This document shows, piece after piece, positions 56,320-64,000 of a stretch of DNA of 64,000 nt. Within the stretch, counting starts at the first letter, position 1. Each line of letters begins with the position of its first letter. The stretch comes from Chrysomallon squamiferum. Its lineage: Eukaryota; Animalia; Mollusca. The notes under the pieces are model-generated. The model had not been told where the DNA came from. It did not search any database and worked only from the letters and a program-made list of their open reading frames with translations. Position numbers and translations under genes: made by a program. The stretch is from the NCBI GenBank assembly GCA_012295275.1, contig CM022678.1, positions 10,602,001 to 10,666,000 of the forward strand. The letters are read 5' to 3'.

Positions 56320-56735
56320 CTAAAGTTCTCGATGTGGTCGGATGACTCTTCTGTGCGAGTTGATTGATTTCATGGCGCCATCCTTCCAAGTGGTTATTTG
56401 TTCGGTGACAGTCATTGCCAAAGTGTTTCTACATTTCTGGAGTCCATGTCCCTTTCATCCAGGTGTTAGTGACGTAGTCTATCAGCAATGTTACCTTTTC
56501 ATTTTGAGGGCTGTCGGCAACTGTGTCAAAACATCCTCACCTTTGTCCAGCGGCATCATCGGAAGGGCTGAAGCACGACTTGCCACCTTTCGTCATGGCA
56601 GTTCTCCTCGATGTACTGGAATGAAATCCTACGTCATGGCAGTTCTCTTCGATGTACTGGAATGAAACGGCCGCGTGGTTGTTGATGCATCGGTTCTGCC
56701 CTCTGGAACATGTCCACAGACACGACGTAGGTTCT
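56320..56735 (-). mobile_element. MULE/Mutator transposase C-terminal fragment
   Basis: Minus strand reads RASALPMMPLDKGEDV / DSPQNEKVTLLIDYVTNTWMKGTWTPEM*KHFGNDCHRTNNHLEGWRHEINQLAQKSHP, containing the RTNN.LEGW.. catalytic-Glu motif. One stop, a frameshift and an internal tandem duplication (about 56590-56667). Confidence 0.9.
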
Positions 56736-58139
56736 CTTTTTAGTTTATTTAAATATATTTTTAATATAATGTTAAACAGTTGTTTATGTGGAAGTTCATA
56801 TGTGCGTGTGTGTGTGTGTGTGTGTGTTTATGTGTGTGTGTGTGTGTGCATTTATGGGAGTGTTACAGTTTTGAATATTTTAAACAGAAATTTGTTTATA
56901 TATTAAAAAAGAAATGAAGCTTTTGTACATAAAATCGTTTTTTCTTATAGTATTTGTTTTTTTAAATTTTATTACTAGTCCCTGATGTGTAGAGTTTACT
57001 ATTGTTTTGATATATATTAGTACAAGTTTGCATGTATATAAAATATAAATTTATATATATATAGACAGAAAATATGCCAGAGCTTCATAAACTTTTATTA
57101 TTATTTTAATTTTATGGTGAGATGTGAAACATCTATAATTTTTTTTTCTTAAAATAAGCCTCATTTATGATATTTGTATTTATAAAGAAATAAAATTAAC
57201 TTGTTTGTAGATTTTTTTTTTTACTCAGAAATAATGTTGTTTTGGAAAAAGAGTTGTACCAACCAACCCCAAATCTGAATGTATTTTTTTATATAATAAG
57301 TAATGAACTAAGTGAAAAAAAAAATATTAGGGAAAAAAATATTTGTGTTTTCTTGTAAATTATAAGCATACAAAAGGACAAATTTGCAGGTTATTCATGT
57401 AACAAGAACAAAAATCGATATAAATATTGCAGAATTCAGGATCAATATAAAATATTAAATCCATATTCTAAATCAGACAGAACTTTAACTGTCTCAACCA
57501 AGAGTTGCCTCCCTTAGCATTTCTTTTGCTGAAAGTGATTTTATATTTAGCACATTTATAGTTTGGTTATTTCTAGCTACAAGTCATTTATCTGTTTTAT
57601 TTGTTTATTTTAATTTTATTTAGTTATTTGTTTATTCATAAACATTATTTCCAAATATATGGCTGGCTATCTGATAATTTTAATTTTGTTTTAATTTTTA
57701 TTTATTATTTGTTTTCTTCATCAGGACCATTGAAACTTTTATTTTATTTTGGTCTGATTCAGTTGGAACTATCTGCTTTCCTTATTATGTTATGTTATAC
57801 AGTACTGTGTTGGTCGCATGTTATAACAATGAATAATCAAAATCCCATCGTGTATATAAATGCGATTAAACACATACATAAGTTCTTTTTTCTCTAGGAA
57901 ATAAATAAATAAATAATAGACAGAAAGACAACTTTTCTAAGTAATAGTTACAGACATATATTATTTACGTTAAATTAAAAAAATAAATAAATACAACAAG
58001 AAACAAACTCACAGGGAGGGATACATATCCAAACACAACAACAACATAACAAAGATGTATACTGAACTGCAGTTCGGTAGATACCACTCAGCGAAATAAA
58101 ATATTTACTACTTCAATTTTGTATTATTTCATTTTTTAC

Positions 58140-58198
<59 letters not shown>

Positions 58199-59049
58199 GT
58201 TTGTAGAGAACTGGAAGAAATTGAACATTTTTAAAACTTAAATTTAACAGTTGCCTTTAATATTTCTTTCTGTTATTTCACTGAGTGGAATAAAAAGAAA
58301 CTGTGGAGTAGCTGGTAATAGATTATGAACTAAACTTAATAATCTCGTCAGTGACTTTCTTCAAGCCTGTCAGACATAAAACATTGATTCAGTTTTTAAA
58401 TTATATAATGGACTCTGTCAAAACCGGTCTTTTATTAGTCCGGATCTTTTGTAACGGAACTGATTCGAAATCCCGTTCAGCTATCAAAATGCTAATTCTG
58501 ATTTCGGGTCTAAATTGCAGAAGAAAAGAACAATTTAAATAGAATCACTTCTTAAACAATGACTGCAATTTATTACAACACAAAGATTCAGCAGACAATT
58601 AAGTATCTAAAATACGTAACCGATTTCAGCCGAATTTAACTTAAAAAAAAAATAAAGCAACAACAAAAACACACAAAACAAAAGAGAACCGAGTAAAACG
58701 GACGGAGCCCGCCACACTTAACACTGACAAATTAACACAGGCCACCGTTTGTTCTCGTTTTTCTAGCCCACCTCTGTTGTACACTCTAACTACATCCTCC
58801 AGAGTTATCTCCCCTACAGCAGGATTATAAAATAAACAACTTATTACAACACAGTTATAATACTTAGGACGCACATTTTGCGTTTTCTTCTTGTAAACAT
58901 ATTGCACTCTTACTGTACTTTAAAGTGAAATTAAGAGAAGAATTTTTATAAAATCCACTGTGTAAACAGAAATATTTAGAATTGCAATTTAAGACAGGAA
59001 GATAAACAGTGTGTGTATGGGTGTGTGTGTCCGTATAAGATTTCTGATT

Positions 59050-61406
59050 TATCCAGTAAAACTATATTAATAAAATATACAACATGAAATAAAAAAGAAT
59101 ACCAAGACATTTGTTTATAAAAGTTAAATTAATGTATAATTTGACAGATAAAGTAACCTGCAAATTACTAATTAAGTAAATTTCTAATTTCTGAGTTTAT
59201 CTTCCAATCAACAAATACATGCATATGTAGGTTTATTTACTTCATTCCATTTTTTGTTTTATTAACACACTTTTATTGGGTAAATCTTTACCACAAGTCT
59301 TGGTATTTTATGTTTCAATTACATGATTAAGCAGATTATTCTTGTAAAAAAAATAAATAATAATAAATAAAAATGAAAAAAAAATAACTGTTAAAAACAC
59401 AAAACAAATGTATTTTAAAAATAATAATAATAGAAAACAAATAAAACATCTTCCTCGAAATAAAACATTTTATTATAATTTAAAAAAAAATTTTTTAGCC
59501 AACTAATCAATGACTTCTAAGATCAATCATACTCAACTTCTTTTCAAATTTGTATCATAAGAATTAATATCAAATTTTTCATCACTGTTTGAAATAATCA
59601 TCATTTTCCCTATCATTGTCTGAATGTTTTTATTTTTCTCACTCATTAGCATCATTTGAAATGTTTGTTCTTGTTTAAGACTGCTGCAGACTTGACTGTA
59701 CTTGGTGCTGTGTCTGGTCAAACATTTTTCTCACTGCTGTGACTGACTGAAAAAAGAGGCAGAACTGAATCCAGCATCTGTTTCATGATTTCTGAATCAG
59801 TCTGGCATCAACTATCAAAACTTTGATAGCGAAAACTCAAATGTTCATCAAACTTGGCCACAGATTTTCATTTCTGCTTTTACATGTCTGTGCACTGCAC
59901 TCCATCAAACCGTCCTATAAATAATAATAATAATAATAATAATAATAAACACTAAAATAATAATATTATAATAACATGAAAAATGTGTATTGTTTTAAAT
60001 TCTTGAATATTTACCTGTCAAGAATATCTGTAACTATTGTAAGATGATGATGGAAGGAGAAGAATTAATGCAGAAAGAAATAATTTTTGAAAAATAATTT
60101 TAAAATAATTTGTTTAAACATTTAAAATTATTTTAAATATTTTTTAATATAATACTGAAACAGCAAGAAAATAAATATAACATTAAAATCAATGATATCA
60201 GGTTGTTTCACATAAATACTTCAATCAGAGGCATGGACGTACACACACACAGAAGTTTAATTACAAACATAGATCATACCAGCAAAAACAAGTTTCTTGA
60301 CCCAACAAGTCTTTGACATAAAGGATTCACATTAAGGCTTGTTGACTTTTTGCTCTTAGGCTAATATTAATTTACTTCTTCAAAACTTACTTAACTATAT
60401 TATGCATCAATTTAATTGAAAATATAACGTTGCATCATGTTCCACTATTGTTTGAAATAGTTGTCTTTTTTTTTTCAAATCAGCTTATTAAGAAATATTA
60501 GAAATCTGACTTCCACAGTTACATCAATGATACACGAGAGACAGACTTTCACTGGAATTGTTTCATTCAGGATGATATTTCTACTACCTGAATCAAAGTG
60601 TATAATTATTTGTTGTCTACCACATCAAGTCTACTATTTCAAGTCAGTGGAACCTCAAGTCTCAGATCCTAGGTTCCTTAGGTTTGTAAATTATAATCTT
60701 TACTGTAGAGGTAATTAATGTACTGTTATTTATCATATCCATCTGAGTTCATTTTATTTATAAACAAACACTGTGGTTTATTGTCAATCTCTAATCAACA
60801 GTAAAACAATGAATTTATGTAGCTATTCATGATCTTCCATGTGACCAGCTAGTGGTAACCAGTCTTCAAATGCAGTACTTGGTGACAACCACAAACCTCT
60901 ATCAATTAACTGAACAGTGTGAAAAGGAAATGTCTAAAATTGATTAACTGGAACAATTCGAAGCATTTTTTTGGTTTATGATTCAGACATGAGTTTATAA
61001 AACTATATGTAGCAGATACAGAACACCAATAAAATACTTTCTTTCCAATGAATTATTAATACATTTTATTTAAGGGAAATAAATGAAGTTCCATAAGCCT
61101 ATTGCAAAATGTGGTCACATGGTCACTGAATAAAAATGGAGGCAAAATGTACTTCCAAGTGATAATAAAAAAAAAACAAAACAAATGTAGACTAACTTTA
61201 GTAGAAAACAGTGATTATTTCACGTATCACCAGACTGCATGAACCATGTGTGTGTGTGAAATACTAACAGTCTGCTGGATTCTGTTATCTGCAACCTGTT
61301 GATGAGTCCTTCCATCAACACTCTACCAGTCAAAGTTTCTCTTGTGAGATCTCATGTGTCAAAGTTATACAAAAACTAGACTGAGCAGCCACACCAACAG
61401 TGACAC
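59050..61406 (-). pseudogene. 3' part of a paralog of the 39.6-52.4 kb degenerate gene
   Basis: 59088-59310 aligns by eye with 39685-39905, and 59687-59727 with 40111-40151. Exon-like islands at <=59914, 60015-~60155 and 61269-61406 with AG/GT ends; stops present. Confidence 0.55.
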
Positions 61407-61850
61407 CTGTAAATATTAACAGTAAAATAAATTTCAAATTTAAATTCAGACACACACACACACACATCACAGAACACAAAGAAAAGTGCAATCAAATATT
61501 TGTTTTTAGATTCTGCTGTAGAAAATATAAATTTATTTCTGACCAACCAGCACAAAATGTGTTGCTTATCATAAAGTTTACATTTTGATGTTTTCTAGAT
61601 GAGCTTTGTCTTTGCAGTGAAAACTATATAAAAATAAAAAATATAGTTCCTGAGATATCAGTGACCTGAACATCCTAACTTTTCATAATCAGTTCCTGGA
61701 AAAACTCTATTAAATGACAATTATTCACTTTTAAACATTTTCCATGGCAACAACTATTCCATATTATTAGGTTCAGTAAAGAATGTCCTGATGTTTGAAG
61801 ACAGTGTCTATTCTGTTTTTGTACAACAGTTTATTTTAAAAAGAAATTTA

Positions 61851-63221
61851 TTATTTAGTTGAGCTTTTGTAATCGAGTTTTCTATCTTATTTTCTTAATA
61901 CCAGTGAACACATCTCACATAGGGGAGGCGACTCTAAATACCAGTGAACACATCTCACATAAGGGAGGCAACTCTAAGTATACCAGTGAACACATCTCAC
62001 ATAGGGGAGGCGACTCTAAATACCAGTGAACACCTCTCACATAGGGAAAGTAACTCTAAATATAAAGTGAACACTTCTCGCATAAGGGAGGCGACTCTAA
62101 ATATATCAGTGAACATATTTCGCATAAGCTTTTATTTTTTTTGATTGTTTTTCTTCTGTCAGTCAGTATTCTCTGTTTTCTTTCTCAGTAATCAAATGAA
62201 TTCAGTATGGAAATTCTTATCCTGATAATCAATGCAGTCCACATACGATTTTATATTTTATTATGAATAAAATCTGAAAAGAATGCTGCGTTTAAATAGT
62301 ACCACGCTTCGTTCTGTTTCCTTAGTTTTTTTTCTTTTTTTATTTTTTTTTTTTTTTTTTAAGCTTTTTTTTTTTTCTTTCTTTCTTTTTTTTTTTTCTT
62401 TCTTTCCTTCTTTCTTTATTTTCTTTCTTTCTTTCTTTTTCTTTTCTTTTTTCTTTTATTTTCTATCTTTCATTCCATCCTTTTTTTTTTCTTTACCATT
62501 TCTTTTTTTATTTTTTTATTTTTTACTTTAATCTTTAAACACTCTTTCTCACTGATTATTTCCTTTTTGTTTCGAGTTTTCTATTCCATTCCTTAATACC
62601 AGTGAACACATCTTCTTTTTTTTACCAGTGAACACATCTCACCATTTACCAGTGAACACATCTTTATTTTTCATTTATGAAACACTTTAATCAGTTAAAA
62701 ACACACTCTCTCACTGATTATACCAGTGAACACACCTCTCAAATTTTTGTAAATACCAGTGAGTTTTCTATCATAAGGGAGGCCACTCTAAATATACCAG
62801 TGAACACATCTCACATAGGGGAGGCGACTCTAAATACCAGTGAACACATCTCACATAAGGGAGGCAACTCTAAGTATACCAGTGAACACATCTCACATAG
62901 GGGAGGCGACTCTAAATACCAGTGAACACCTCTCACATAGGGAAAGTAACTCTAAATATAGAAGTGAACAATTCTCGCATAAGGGAGGGGACTCTAAATA
63001 TATCAGTGAACATATTTCGCATAAGCTTTTATTTATTTATTTTTTCTTCAGTCAGTCAGTATCCTCTGTTTTCTTTATCACTAATCAAATGAAGAAATTC
63101 AGTATGGAAATTCTTATCCTGATAATCAGTGCAGTCCACATACGATTTTATATTCTATTATGAATAAAATTTCAAAAGAATGCTGCGTTTAAATAGTACC
63201 ACGCTTCGTTCTGTTTCCTTA

Positions 63222-63255
<34 letters not shown>

Positions 63256-64000
63256 TTGTTCATTCTTTAAGCTGTTTCAATATTTTCTTTCTTTCTTTCT
63301 TTCCTTCCTGCTTTCTTTTCTTTCTATCCTTCCTTCTTTCTTTTCTATCTTTTTTTTTTTTTTCTTTCTATCTTTTCCATCTTTTATTTCCTTTCTTTCA
63401 TTCCATCCTTCCTTCTTTTTTCTAAGTGTTACCATTTCTTTATTATTTGTTTATGAAATACTTTAATCAGTTTAAACACTCTGCTCTCACTGATTATTTA
63501 GTTGAGCTTTTGTATTCGAGTTTTCTATCTTATTTTCTTAATACCAGTGAACACATCTCACATAAGGGACGCAACTCTAAATACCAGTGAACACATCTCA
63601 CATAAGGGAGGCAACTCTAAGTATACCAGTGAACACATCTCACATAGGGGAGGCGACTCTAAATACCAGTGAACACATCTCACATAAGGGAGGCAACTCT
63701 AAGTATACCAGTGAACACATCTCACATAGGGGAGGCGACTCTAAATACCAGTGAACACCTCTCACATAGGGAAAGTAACTCTAAATATAGAAGTGAACAC
63801 TTCTCGCATAAGGGAGGGGACTCAAAATATATCAGTGAACATATTTCGCATAAGCTTTTATTTTTTTGATTGTTTTTCTTCAGCCAGTCTGTATTCTCTG
63901 TTTTCTATCTGAGTAATCATATGAAGAAATTCAGTATGGAAATTCTAATCATGCTAATCAATGAAGTCCAGATACGATTTTATATTCTATTATGAATAAA
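61851..64000. repeat. Tandem triplication of a 0.7-0.9 kb unit (starts at about 61851, 62555, 63494), each holding a 40/42-bp minisatellite; third copy runs off the window
   Basis: Shared unique tail (...cagtatggaaattcttatcctgataatc...gaataaa) and arrays of taccagtgaacacatctcacata(a/g)gggaggc(a/g)actctaa. Confidence 0.93.

Noticed and set aside
60461-60980. Plus-strand exon-like islands, and similar ones at 31508-31652 (+) and 58680-58815 (-)
   Set aside because: No recognisable motif and no linkable exon chain; cannot be assigned without a database search.
61899-63850. 40/42-bp arrays as CRISPR repeats or as coding ORFs (NTSHIREATL...)
   Set aside because: No spacers; the ORFs are short by-products of an 82-bp period that is not a multiple of three.

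Overview
This is AT-rich, microsatellite-dense eukaryotic genomic DNA with spliceosomal introns. The gene and repeat content suggests a lophotrochozoan, probably a mollusc (inference). There is a 200-N scaffold gap at 18948-19147. Two genes look intact: the last three coding exons of a PRL/PTP4A prenylated phosphatase (+, 5070-6245, ending CIIL), and a two-coding-exon, 620-aa RING-coiled-coil-NHL-like TRIM-type E3 ligase (+, 24364-26618) with no B-box and a 4x24-aa linker repeat. The rest is mostly decayed sequence. It includes a spliced DUF4806-type pseudogene next to an EnSpm/CACTA-like end, and LINE, hAT, Gypsy and MULE relics. It also holds an orphan RBM46/RBM47/A1CF-like first exon with a CpG-rich promoter (+, 33789), a degenerate minus-strand multi-exon gene with LOTUS/OST-HTH-like segments (39.6-52.4 kb), and a paralogous 3' part of that gene at 59-61.4 kb. 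Several minisatellites are present. The most interesting hypothesis, which is unproven, is that the captured RBM46/47-like promoter transcribes about 30 kb of mostly antisense TE and pseudogene relics, as a uni-strand piRNA cluster would. I found no rRNA, tRNA or CRISPR array. Most ORFs in the supplied track are microsatellite artefacts. All protein-family calls come from manual translation and motif recall, not database searches.
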